Shown: piece by piece, positions 11,901 to 23,382 of the stretch
Layout of the letters: every line of letters begins with the position of its first letter
Numbering within the stretch: the stretch's first letter is position 1
From: Geosiphon pyriformis uo1
Taxonomy: Eukaryota > Fungi > Glomeromycota
Length of the DNA: 64,000 nt
Reading direction: 5' to 3'
NCBI GenBank assembly: GCA_016748015.1
Contig: JAAOMT010000299.1
Span: forward strand, 124,001-188,000
Position numbers and translations under genes: made by a program
Notes under the pieces: model-generated
The model's input: only the letters and a program-made list of their open reading frames with translations
Database searches by the model: none
Told to the model about the DNA's origin: nothing

Positions 11901-14538
11901 TAGCAATGGCATTAATTAATAAAGCTACCAAAGAAGATGTTTATCAAATGAAGGAAGCAAAATACATTAAATACACCATGGAATTAGCTGGATTTGATTA
12001 CGAAGACAAAGTAGAAGTCTATCACCAAATTGCAAGTCACATCTACCCAATCCAAGAAGCTCAAATTCAACAATTAGAGCAAATAAACATTAGGCTATGT
12101 AAAGAATGCATTATGCCTTGTGATGAACAGTGGTGTTCTGAATGTTATGCTCTTAATATCTCCTTGCCCAGCGAAAATGATGAGAATGAAATTGAATTTG
12201 GAGAACCTGAAGCAATAGAAGAAATTGAAATAACACCCATCTACCTTATTGAAAATCAGCCTGCCTTACAACTCAAATATTTCAACAACAATGAACAAAG
12301 AATAAAACCTGAAAAAGCACATGAAATTGATGCTAGATATAACCTAAGATATCTAAACAAGGATACTCTTGTTCTCAAACCCAAATCTCTTACAAAAATC
12401 AACCTCAAAATTGCACTCGAAATCCCGCCAGGAGCAATGATTCAAATCACCTCCTGGTCTTCTCTGGCAAGCAAAGGAATCAATATCAGAGGAGGAATAA
12501 TCAATGCTGGATATATTAGAGACATTACAGTGATGCTTCAAAATGAAACTGACAAACCATTCAAGATCGAACATGCTAAAAAAATTGCCCAAGCTATTTA
12601 CCTACCCCTAATCAACATTTCGAGTTTGCAACTAGTCAATTAAAGAGAACAATTAGGAAAAAGCAACAGAGGAACCCAAGGTTTTGGTTCAACTGGACGA
12701 TTCACAGTTCCAGTTAATATAGCTCTTAACACACAGAATGAATCCCACCAGATTCTCAGACTTCCACAACCAATTATCATCTCACCCTTTGGAGAACATC
12801 CAGAAATCTACACCTGCCCAAAACCAATAACCACACAACAAATTTTTGAGTCCAATAAACAAGTCTGCTTGGAACATAACATTTTGATTTCAAACATTTA
12901 TATTCCAGAAGGAACAAAGAAAGTCCGAGTTACTTTTTACAATCCCACAATTATCCCATAGTTCTATTAAATAACTTAGAAATTGGAGTTATTCACAATA
13001 ACATCTTTTAACAAGAACTACCCCAGAAAGTTCCCAATTTCTCAGAAATCATTGGATATTCACTACCAAAAATCAACCCAAACCCTAACTCTGAAAACTA
13101 TCATGTTGTCATGGAAAAACTATCTTGAATCAACATAGGACAACTTGAACTACAACAACAGATCCAGCTCAAAGAGCTAATTGCAGAATTTGCCGATATC
13201 TTCGCCAAAAACAACAATGACTTAGGAAGAACTGATTTGGTTCAACACCAAATCTATACAGGAGATGCCAAACCAAGATGACAACAAGCCTACCGAGTTG
13301 CTCCAGAAAGTTACCAATTTATCTGAGAAGAAGTACAACAGATGCTTAACAATGGGCTTATTCAACCATCAATGAGCCTATGGGCCTCACCTGTGGTCCT
13401 AGTTAAAAAGAAAAATGGAAAGATACAATTTTGTGTTGATTATCGACAACTCAACAGTGTCATCATTGAAGATGCCTACCCTCTTCCCTGAATTAATGAC
13501 ATGTTGGATGCCCTTGGAAAGTCCAAATACTTTTCAATATTAGATTTAGAGAGTGGATATTGGCAAGTTGCTATGGATCCCAAAGACTGCCCCAAAACAG
13601 CATTCACCACTCAAAGAGGAAATTACAAGTTCAATGTAATGCCTTTCGGATTATGCAATACACTAGCAACATTCCAAAAACTCATGGATGTTGTTTACAA
13701 AGGCCTCCTTTGGAAATCAGTAGTAGTTTATCTTGATGACACTGATGTTTATTTACCATCTTTTGAGTTACATTTAATTTACCTGCGAGAAGTTTTTTAA
13801 CGATTACGGAAAGCAGGATTGAAACTGAACATTGAAAAATGCTACTTCGGAAAAACAAGTTTAGCTTTTCTTGGTCACATTGTTAGCAAAAATAGAATTA
13901 AACCAGACCCCAGAAAAATCAGTACTGTCAAGAACTTCAAGACTCTATAAAATACCACAGAATTAAGAGAATTTATTGGATTAGCATCCTATTACTGAAA
14001 ATTCATCAAAGAATTCTCAAAAATTGCAAAACCCCTCAACCAGCTCACTACTAAAAATGTCAAATACAAATAGACAGAAGAACATCAAAATGCCTTTGAG
14101 ATACTTAAAGAAAAACTTACAACAGCTCCAATTCTCATCTACCCAGATTTCAGCAACTGATTCTGGTCAGCAACCGACGTCTTTTATACTGCCTTTGGTG
14201 CCATTCTATCACAGTTAGATGACAATGGAAATGAGCAAATAATTGCTTATGCTAGTAGAACATTAAAGCCAGCCAAAAAAAACTACCCCGCAACAAAATT
14301 AGAAACCGCAGCAGTAATCTGGGCCTTACATCACTTCAACCTTTACCTCAGACCCAAAGAATTTGATATTATCACTGATAATATTGAACTTAAATGGCTT
14401 CAGAACAAAAACACCCAGCTAAATGCAAAACAAACCTGATGGACAGGATTTTTAGCTAACTACCAATACATTGTACACCACAAACCAGGAAAACTCCACA
14501 CCAACGTCGATTGTCTCTCAAGAATGAGGCAAGATTAG
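8909..14538 (+). pseudogene. gag-pol: C2 Gag-PR-Cys-rich-dUTPase-RT-RNaseH polyprotein
   Basis: ORF pieces starting at 8909, 9440, 9761, 10661, 11093 and 11702 share one frame. Motifs: CHYCGISGHWKKDC knuckle, LILDSGSAGS protease, dUTPase motifs, RT YLDD at 13729, RNase H IAYASR...DCLSRMRQD* (TAG 14536-14538). One indel near 12950. Confidence 0.92.
12290..12700 (+). pseudogene. dut: dUTPase domain of C2 (between protease and RT)
   Basis: Trimeric dUTPase motifs: AHEID(AGYD)L-like, SSLA, GGII(D)AGY, KIAQ, RGTQGFGSTG. Confidence 0.9.
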
Positions 14539-14587
14539 AAAACAAAACCAACACCCATTTGAATTAACAGCATCAAAACAACAAACA

Positions 14588-15871
14588 ATGAACCCTAAAA
14601 ACTACAACAACATTATTTACTATCGAAACTTCAGAAACCCAGACAGTTCACTCAGATTAATACAAGAACATGAAAAAGAAACTATTTTATACAACATGCA
14701 CTCAAACCCTTCATCAGCACACTTCAGAAAAGACAGTACCACCCAAAAAACACTAGAATACTACTTTTGGCCTCGAATGAGAAAAGACATTCACAAATAT
14801 GTCGAATCTTGTGATAGTTGTCAAAGAAGAGGAGGAACTCGCTCTACAGAACCTTTAAATCCAATCAAAGTTGGACAGCCTTTTAATAGAGTTGGTATCG
14901 ATTTAGTTGGACCACTACCTATTACAAACCAAAGAAACCATTATATTGCAGTAGCTGTAGATTATCTTACCAAATGGCCCGAAGCCAGAGCCATTCAGCA
15001 AGCAGATGCAAAATCAGTAGCAAATTTCATCTACAAAGACATCATTTGTAGACATGGATGCCCAATTGAACTTTTATTTGATCAAAGAACACATTTTGTG
15101 AACAATCTAATTCAAGAAATTTGTGAATGATTCAATGTCAAGAGACCTTTATTTTCACCCTACTATCCACAAACAAACGGACTTGTGGAACGTTTTAACA
15201 GAACATTGTGTGAGTTATTGGCCAAAGTTTTAACTGATTTTGAGCAAGAATGGGATATTTTTATTCCATCAGTGTTACTAGCATACAGAACACTAAAACA
15301 AGATACCACAAAACACACACCATTTGACTTAGCCTATGGAAGGACAGCAATGTTATCAATCAATTTTACAGTAGAACCATATCCAGTGCAATCAATCAAC
15401 AAAGAAAACTTTCAGGAAACACTTTAACAAAGAGCTTACACTCTTTTCAGCACATTGGAAGAAAAATGATGAATAACAGCCACCCATATCAGACACTCCC
15501 AAGCTCAATAAAAAGAACAGCATGACAACAAATTGCCACCAGTCACCAACGAATTTAAAGTTGGAAACAAAGTTCTCTTACACAGAACTAAAGCTGAAAA
15601 ACAATGGAGTGGAAAATTTGAAAATAAATAGGATGAACCATTCTTTATCCATGAAGTCCTAGGCAATGGATCATACAAGCTAAGACTTGATGACAAAATC
15701 CTAGCAAAAGTTGCACATGGAGATTGTTTGAAACACTATCATTCCAAAAACAATCCTGAACCATTAATTCCACAAATTGGTACACATTTCCCTTTGGTCA
15801 GTCCTGAAGATATTCTACGAAACTTAGAACCAATAGTTGTCATTGAACAACCTTCCAACCTGAACACTTAA
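14588..15871 (+). pseudogene. int: C2 integrase as a separate ORF
   Basis: Own ATG. HHCC (MHS..SAHF..CDSCQR), GIDLVGP, DYLTKWPEA, NGLVERFNR, decayed GPF/Y module, no chromodomain. Confidence 0.9.
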
Positions 15872-15953
15872 TTTAATTTTACTAGTTATTTTCTTATAAT
15901 TTAGAAACAATCTCACAAAAAAAAACAAAAACAAAAATAACATAAAAACCCAT

Positions 15954-16712
15954 ATGCCAAAAATAATTTCCTTTTATTTCAAATTGCTTATAATAACTAT
16001 TCCTCAAAACATCCAACAATTATCCCAAAAACTAATGTTAGCTTTAAAAACAATACCCGAATTATCCATTACTGTTACTGGAAACCACATTAATTATATC
16101 CAAACAGAAATAGTTACAAATTTAGCCCCAAATTCACAAAAATATCACCCGTATAAGAAAAACACAAGAAGTTATACTGGAATTCACCTGCCAGAACTTT
16201 TAAAGCTTGCTTTAAAAGAAAATCTAATGCTCACTCCAATTAGTATTCCACCAAATGCTACAATTCAACAAAGACTTCAATTGTGTTTCAATGAGGAAAA
16301 CACTGAATATCCTCCAATTTATAGATATTTTCACATTAGAAAAACACTCTACGAACGGAAACTGGAACTTACAACAGCAAACCTCACAAAAGAAACTATT
16401 CAGAAACAACTCCACAACAAATTCAAGACAACAACGGGATCAACAAACAGTCACTACAGGCTCAGAGCTGCTCTTAGACTCTATGACCTATTCCACACCT
16501 GTGAAAACATACTACAAAACCCAATTTTTCAACCTTTGAAGATTCAATACATTGGAAAGCTCACAGAACTGAAATTTCAACAATTTTCAGACCAAATTTC
16601 TTCAATAATTTTGGATTATTATCTGGAAATGACAGACAGTACTTGGATTTTGATGGAGCTCAGTCTTGAAGAGAAGGTTATGTTACCAGACAAAATTAGA
16701 GATATTATTTAG
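15954..16712 (+). CDS. C2 ORF3, uncharacterised accessory protein (open, 252 aa; runs into the 3' LTR)
   Basis: Uninterrupted ORF between integrase and PPT; homologous to ORF3 remnants in B, E, F, J and K. Confidence 0.75.
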   Translation: MPKIISFYFKLLIITIPQNIQQLSQKLMLALKTIPELSITVTGNHINYIQTEIVTNLAPNSQKYHPYKKNTRSYTGIHLPELLKLALKENLMLTPISIPPNATIQQRLQLCFNEENTEYPPIYRYFHIRKTLYERKLELTTANLTKETIQKQLHNKFKTTTGSTNSHYRLRAALRLYDLFHTCENILQNPIFQPLKIQYIGKLTELKFQQFSDQISSIILDYYLEMTDSTWILMELSLEEKVMLPDKIRDII

Positions 16713-17876
16713 CATGAAATTATCTTATAAATCTTATCATTAATTAGCATATATTATCATTTCAAATTATCACTTATTACATTAGCAAAATGTCTGAAAT
16801 TATCATTTAATTAATAACCCAATTTGTACACAACACAAATGTAACCTAATTGCAATGATTAAATCATGCAATACCCCAAACTATGTAACATTCAAAAGTT
16901 CGCTGAAATTTATAGAAATTCACCAAAATAATTGATAGATCACCGAAATATCTAATAAGTTCGCAGAAATAACTTGTAGTTCGCCAAAATGTATCTTTAG
17001 TTCAGCGAAATTGTAAAAAATAGCAAAGTTCAAGTTTATAGAATAGTGTTACAACAAGTTGTATAAAAAAAGAGCTTTTCTCTTTGAGAAAATGTATCTT
17101 ACTTTAGATTTATTACTTAAAACCATTCCTACACACACAAAAAGAAATAAATATCAAATAATTCGAAAAACCAAATTCTTTAATTATTGTACTTGGAAAA
17201 TCCCCAAAACCCAACTAACGTTTTGAAATTAATTAGCTACCAATTTCAGTAAACTGTTAGTGACTCCAGGCCTGGATAGAAAACGTTTCCCTTAACAGAA
17301 TTCTAAAATGTATCTTACTTTAGATTTATTACTTAAAACCATTCCTACACACACAAAAAGAAATAAATATCAAATAATTCGAAAAACCAAATTCTTTAAT
17401 TATTGTACTTGGAAAATCCCCAAAACCCAACTAACGTTTTGAAATTAATTAGCTACCAATTTCAGTAAACTGTTAGTGACTCCAGGCCTGGATAGAAAAC
17501 GTTTCCCTTAACAGAATTCTATTTCTTTTACATTTCTTTTATTTTTCTTTTCTTTTTTCATTACAATTATTAGGGTAGTCTAAAGATGAGATTTTTGTAG
17601 AAGATTTGACTTTTACAGCAAAGTAACTACACATTTTAGTAAGCTTCCAGATGAGCAATTCTTGGAAAAGAGTTGATGTTTACTACAACATAATTACATA
17701 AAGCAACTGGCACAGAATTGGCCATTTCACTCATAAGCCCAGCAAGTTCAAATTATAGGATATAATTTGAAGCTAAATTCAGTTACTAGAGGTCCAACTA
17801 CTTCCTGGAAACGTGAATTTACAGCAAACAGGCATCAATAACATTCAAGAAAAGAGACCAAAAACCTCTGGTAACA
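16681..17876 (+). repeat. 3' LTR of C2 with an internal 216-bp tandem duplication (17089-17304 and 17305-17520)
   Basis: Preceded by PPT GAAGAGAAGG; 1196 bp = 980 + 216. Confidence 0.95.
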
Positions 17877-20800
17877 ATGCATGCCAGCCACTTGTGGTCA
17901 CTTTAAGACCATTATCAATAACAAGCCACTTATTGAATTAGAAAAAAAAAAAAGAAAATCTACCTAGAAAGCATACTAAGTTTTCTGGGCTGACATTAAA
18001 CACAATGAGCTACCACCAGTATTTTCCTGGGATGACAAAGGAAAAGAAAAGGAAAAAGATGCACCAGAAGAAAACACTACTACAGAGGAAATAACTAATG
18101 GCTGGAAAAGAGAATACTTACGTAAACTGATAAAAGAACCACCTTATATACTCTTCAAATACAAGGACTGTAAAAAAAAACTTTCCTTTATAGAAACTTG
18201 GATAGCTCCTGATGAAGACTATTAGACCAAAATCCACTACTACTGCAAGTTATGCCATAGAAAACATTATGGTTACCCAAAGAAATAGGGAAAGTAGAAC
18301 AATAAACTATGTTTTGCTTATAGCAAATAGTTACTTGATGAAAGAATGTGGAATAACATTCTTGGTCAAGGAGAAACATATAATGCTTTGTGCCAGTACA
18401 CAATCCTTATAAGTAACTGGATCAATTGTGGTACTTCTATTACTGCAGCCTGATACCAAGCAATAATTTGCTTGGATGGCTATCCACATGATAAAAACAA
18501 GATCTAAAGAATGATGAATGCCAAAGTTGAAAAAGCCATGCCCAGTGAAATTCTGGAAATTAAGAATAATCTCTCAGAACCAGTTAACATCATCCTTATC
18601 CCAAATCCAGATGCTTTTCTTGACATAGAGGCAAGCCCAAAAAAGTTTTATGAGCACTATCAAAACTTGGCACCAATAAGAAAAGAACAAAAACAACATT
18701 TGAAAGAAATAAACACAAGATTATATGACCACTGTTTAATTCCATGTGATTTTTAGTATTGTAATGAGTATGACTTCATTTACAATTCATCATTATGTAT
18801 AATCTACACAATTCCAGAGAAAAACAAACCAATCAGCAACTGCACATCAGAATCAGAATCAACTTTCAATCCTGATTCAAACTCCAACAATGACAATAAT
18901 AAAAACAACAGTTCTAGTTCTGCTCAATATAACAACAAAAATAACAACAATTTGGATTCTGATTTAAACTCCAAAACATACATTGTACTGCCTGATCTTA
19001 CCAAAGAGCAAGAACTTAAATGGTTTAGTAATAATGATGAAGATATTATGCCAAAATGAGTGCATAATACTAATACAGAGTTTAATCTGAAATATTCAAG
19101 AAAAGACACTCTCAAATTGGAACCACATTTGTGTACTTGTATCAATTTAAAAATAGCACTGGAAATTTTAGCAACAACAATGATTCAATTAGCATTTAAG
19201 AATAGTCTAGCAAAAAAAAGAATTAACATCAGAGGAAGAATAATTGATGCAAGATATATAGAAAATATCATTGCAATGTTATAAAATAACTCAGAAAAGA
19301 CCTACATTATAAAACCAAATGAAAAAATAGCACAGACAATATTTCTGCTTCTAATCAAAATAACTCAATTAGTATTAGTGAGAAATAGAAAAAAATTAGA
19401 AATTACAACTAGAGAGATACAGAGTTTTGGATCCACGGGTAGAATAGATGTACCAGTTAATATGGCAAAGAAAAAAATTATTGACAAGGGAGAAATTATC
19501 TCCACCCATTAATTAATTTCTATTTCACCATATAATTAGTACATGGTAGTTATAGAAAGAAAAATAAAGGATCAAGTTCAGATTTTTAAAACAGAAACAA
19601 CACTTTGTGAATTAGGAAAAATTAGACTAGTCAATCTATATATACCAGCTAAAAACTACAGACACATCAAAATTTTTATTTATAACAACATGAAAAATAT
19701 TATTGAGATATCAGAAAGAACCACTATTGAATACTTAATTATTGAAATTGAAAACCAATTGCCAAACACCATTCCAGACTTTTCACAACTATGTGGATAT
19801 GTAGATATTATATTTTAAACAATATATGGATGAGAAAAATATTATCTGCTCTAACCAGAACAATTGAAACAGATAAACTTAGGAAATCTAAACTCACTAT
19901 AACGTATACAGCTTAAGATATTACTCAACAATTTTAACAACATTTTTGCAAGCAAAAATGAATTTGGCAGAATTGACATAATTTAGCATCAAATTAAGAC
20001 TGAAAATACAATGTCAATTAAACAAAGAGCATACAGAGTACCACCAGCCAGCCATAAGATTATTTGTCAAGAAATCAATTAGATGCTTGAAAATAGGCTA
20101 ATTTAGCCATTAATAAGCCTATAGTTATTATCAGTAGTATTAGTTTATAAGAAAAATAGGAAAATCCACTTTTGTGTAGATTACTAAAAACTGAATAGAA
20201 TAACCAAAAGAGATAGTTACCTGACTCCAAAGATCAAAGAATTGTTTAATGCTTTTGAAGAAAAAAAATGGTTCTCAATGCTAGATTTAAATAGTGGTTA
20301 CTGACAAGTAGCCATGAAATCAGAAGATAAAGAGAAAACAGCTTTTATAATGCAAGAAAGGAATTTCAAATTCAATATTATGCCATTTGGCTTGATGAAT
20401 GCTCTTGCCACATTTCAATGACTCATGAAGATTGTCTATACTGGACTGCTATGGAAATCAGTAGTCGTATACTTGGATAACACCAATGTGTTCTCAAAAA
20501 TATTCAATGATTATCTATATTATTTTCAAAAAATATTTGAAAGACTCAGATGAGCAAAATTGAAATTAAATGCCAACAAATGCTTCTTTGGCAAAACAGA
20601 ACTCAAGTTTTTGGGAGATGTTATGAGCAAAGATTGTATCAAAACAGATTTAGACAAGATTGAGATTGTTAAAAACTTTCCAGTACCAAATAATCTCACA
20701 AAACTAAGATTATTATTGGGATTTGTCAGATACTATTGCTGCTTTATCAAAAACTTTTCCAAAATAACTCAACCACTATACCAACTCTAAACAAAGAACA

Positions 20801-21272
20801 CCAAATATAAATGGACAGAAACTCAGCAAGAAGCTTTTAATACATTAAGAAGAAAGCTTATTCAAGTTCCAGTACTAATCTATCTGGATCATAGCAAGCT
20901 ATTCATAATCACAACTGATATATCTGGTCAAGTATTGGGAGTGATACTATCTCAAAAAAACCAGATGGATAAAAATACCTAGTAGTTTATGCCAGCAGAA
21001 GCTTAAATTCAACTGAAAAGAACTATAGAACTCCAGCACTGAAACACTTAGCTATTTATTGGACTGTCACCAAATAAAAAGAATACTTGAGTCAAAAGTT
21101 TGATGTGTACATTGATCATAAAAGATTGACTTCAATCCAAAACCAAGAATTTGGAGATGATTATCATGCCAGATGGAAAATAAAACTTTTATCATTTAAT
21201 TATATAATACATTACAAAAAAGGAAAAAAAAATGGAAATGCCAATGGATTGTTGCAAATAAGACAAATCTAA
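17877..21272 (+). pseudogene. pol: B Cys-rich region, dUTPase (~19020-19445), RT and RNase H
   Basis: CKKKL..HYYCKLC, CLIPCDF, SLAKKRINIRGRIIDARY, FGSTG, RT YL(D)N at ~20470, RNase H ending ANGLLQIRQI* (TAA 21270-21272). Confidence 0.88.
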
Positions 21273-21302
21273 AAACATTTCAACCCAAAAATATAACAAA
21301 AG

Positions 21303-22678
21303 ATGAATATACAAAAATACCAACAATTGCAACATTATATAAATACCCAATTGTTCAAGGAAAAATTATCTCAAAAAAAACAAAAAAACATAAAACAACA
21401 ATCAAAACATTTTATCAACTATCAAAATATACTTTATCAAAAGAACAAAAAAAATCCAGATCAACCAACCAGAGTAATCACAAAACCAAAAAAAAAGACA
21501 ATACTGTTCAATATGCACTCAGATTCAATAGTAGAACATTTTCACAAAGAAGCAACTATGGAAAGAACCAGAAAAATATATTATTGGCCATCAATATATT
21601 CAGACATCATCCAATATGTTCAAAATTGTAATGCTTGTCAGAAAAGAAAGAGAACAAGACCCAATGAACCATTAAGACCAATCAAAGTGGGACAACTATT
21701 TGATCACATTAGAATTAACTTAATTGGACTATTAACAATCACTAGCAGAGACAACAGATATATTGCAGTAACAATGGATTATCTCACTAAATAGCCAGAA
21801 GCAAAAGCCATTCAAAGAGCAGATACAGAATTCATTGCTGAATTTGTTTATCAAGATTTGATCTGTTGACATGAATGCCCAAAAGAATTGTTATCTGATC
21901 AAGAAACTCACTTTGTGAATAGAATATTGACAGAATTGAGTCAAAGATTTGGGATAAAAAGACCACTATTATTATCATATCATCTACAAACAAATGGGTT
22001 AATTAAACAATTTAACTGAACATTATGTGAAACAATAGCCAAAATCAGCCAAAAAAACCAGGATGAATAAAATTTATTCATATCATTAGTATTATTTGCT
22101 TATTAGACAATAAAGCAGAACACTACACAAGTAACATCATTTGAATTAGTATATGGTAGAACAGCAATATTACCAATTAAAATAGAAGTCAACACTTATT
22201 CAACAGAACCAATAACTGAAGACAATTTTTAGAAAACATTACTAAGAAAAACATATGACTTGATAGAAACTCTAGAAAATAAATAATAAAGAACAGCTGA
22301 CAACATCCAAAAGTCACAAAAAAACAAAAAAAAAGACACAATAACCAACTACTAAAGAAACCAATTGAATTCAAGATTGGAGACAAAGTACTTTTACATC
22401 ATACCAAAACAGAAAAACAATAAAGTCGAAAATTTGACCCCAAATGGGATGAATCATTTCACATAAAAGAAATTCTAGGAAATAGAGCTTATATATTAAG
22501 ATTAAACAACAAAATTTTAATCAAAGCAGCACATAAAAATTGACTAAAATCATACTACAATATAACAATATCATCTATCAGTAATATTCTACAATTAGAA
22601 GTACAGAGAATAATAGTTAAACCAAATGAAATTTCATGAAATCTGGAACCAATTATAATTATTGAACCAAACACATAA
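21303..22678 (+). pseudogene. int: B integrase (separate ORF)
   Basis: MNIQKYQQLQHY start, H..H..CNACQ, DYLTK, C-terminal LEPIIII tail. Confidence 0.88.
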
Positions 22679-22738
22679 AATTGAACAACCAAAAGAGTAT
22701 ATAAAAACATGGTATATGCAACAAAAAACAGCAGAAAA

Positions 22739-23368
22739 ATGGAAATTACTGATGGTATTCACTTACTAACACAACAACTCTTCCAAATGATCCAACAACA
22801 AGAGATGGAAATTACAATCAACCAACAAACTATCAAATATACAAACACCAAAAAAAGACCACAAGATAATATATGGAAAAAAACAGAAAACACTGTTGAC
22901 AAAATAATCACAAAAGTGAAATTAACAATAGAAACACAACTAAAAGTTACCCAATATTAAGAGTTAACTATAGAAACTTGGAATTGGTGAATACAACAAT
23001 TTTCAAAAAACTTTTGTTATTTTTATTTGAGACAACACTTGAACATTCAAAGCTTATACATGGATAAAACAAAATGATTATTTAATACAATAATACTGTA
23101 ACAACTGGAACAATTTGTGAGAAAAAACAATTTAACCACACAAGCAAGAACCATTTATCAGCTACACACCAGATTTTAAGATCGACCAGAAATCTTACTC
23201 AATTCAGAAATAGACTCTATTACCATTAACCAAATGGAAAAAATAACCAATGCTCAATTAGAAGACTTACAGAACAAAATTGCACAAATAATTCTTGAAA
23301 AAAAAGTCCAAGAAATACTTAAAAATAAAGAATTAGAATTAAAAAATCTTGACAAATCACAATATTAA
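22739..23368 (+). pseudogene. B ORF3
   Basis: MEITDGIHLLTQQLF...CYFYL...ITNAQLEDL...QY*; colinear with ORF3 of J and K. Confidence 0.75.
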
Positions 23369-23382
23369 AAAAGAGGGAATAA

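Larger units (their letters stand above)
7884..17876 (+). mobile_element. C2: full-length family-3 LTR retrotransposon, one of the two least decayed copies
   Basis: LTRs 7884-8863 and 16681-17876, perfect TSD ATGC (7880-7883 and 17877-17880), PBS and PPT present. Confidence 0.95.

Noticed and set aside
12930-12980. Programmed frameshift between dUTPase and RT in C2
   Set aside because: J keeps one frame across the homologous region, so this is most likely a copy-specific indel
14600-14630. Shorter integrase N-terminus in C2 as a family feature
   Set aside because: About 30 codons are missing relative to the other families. A private in-frame deletion is the simpler reading from a single copy.
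15954-16712. ORF3 as a retroviral env
   Set aside because: It is short and has no clear transmembrane anchor, furin site or Cys pattern; the hydrophobic N-terminal few residues are not shared by homologues
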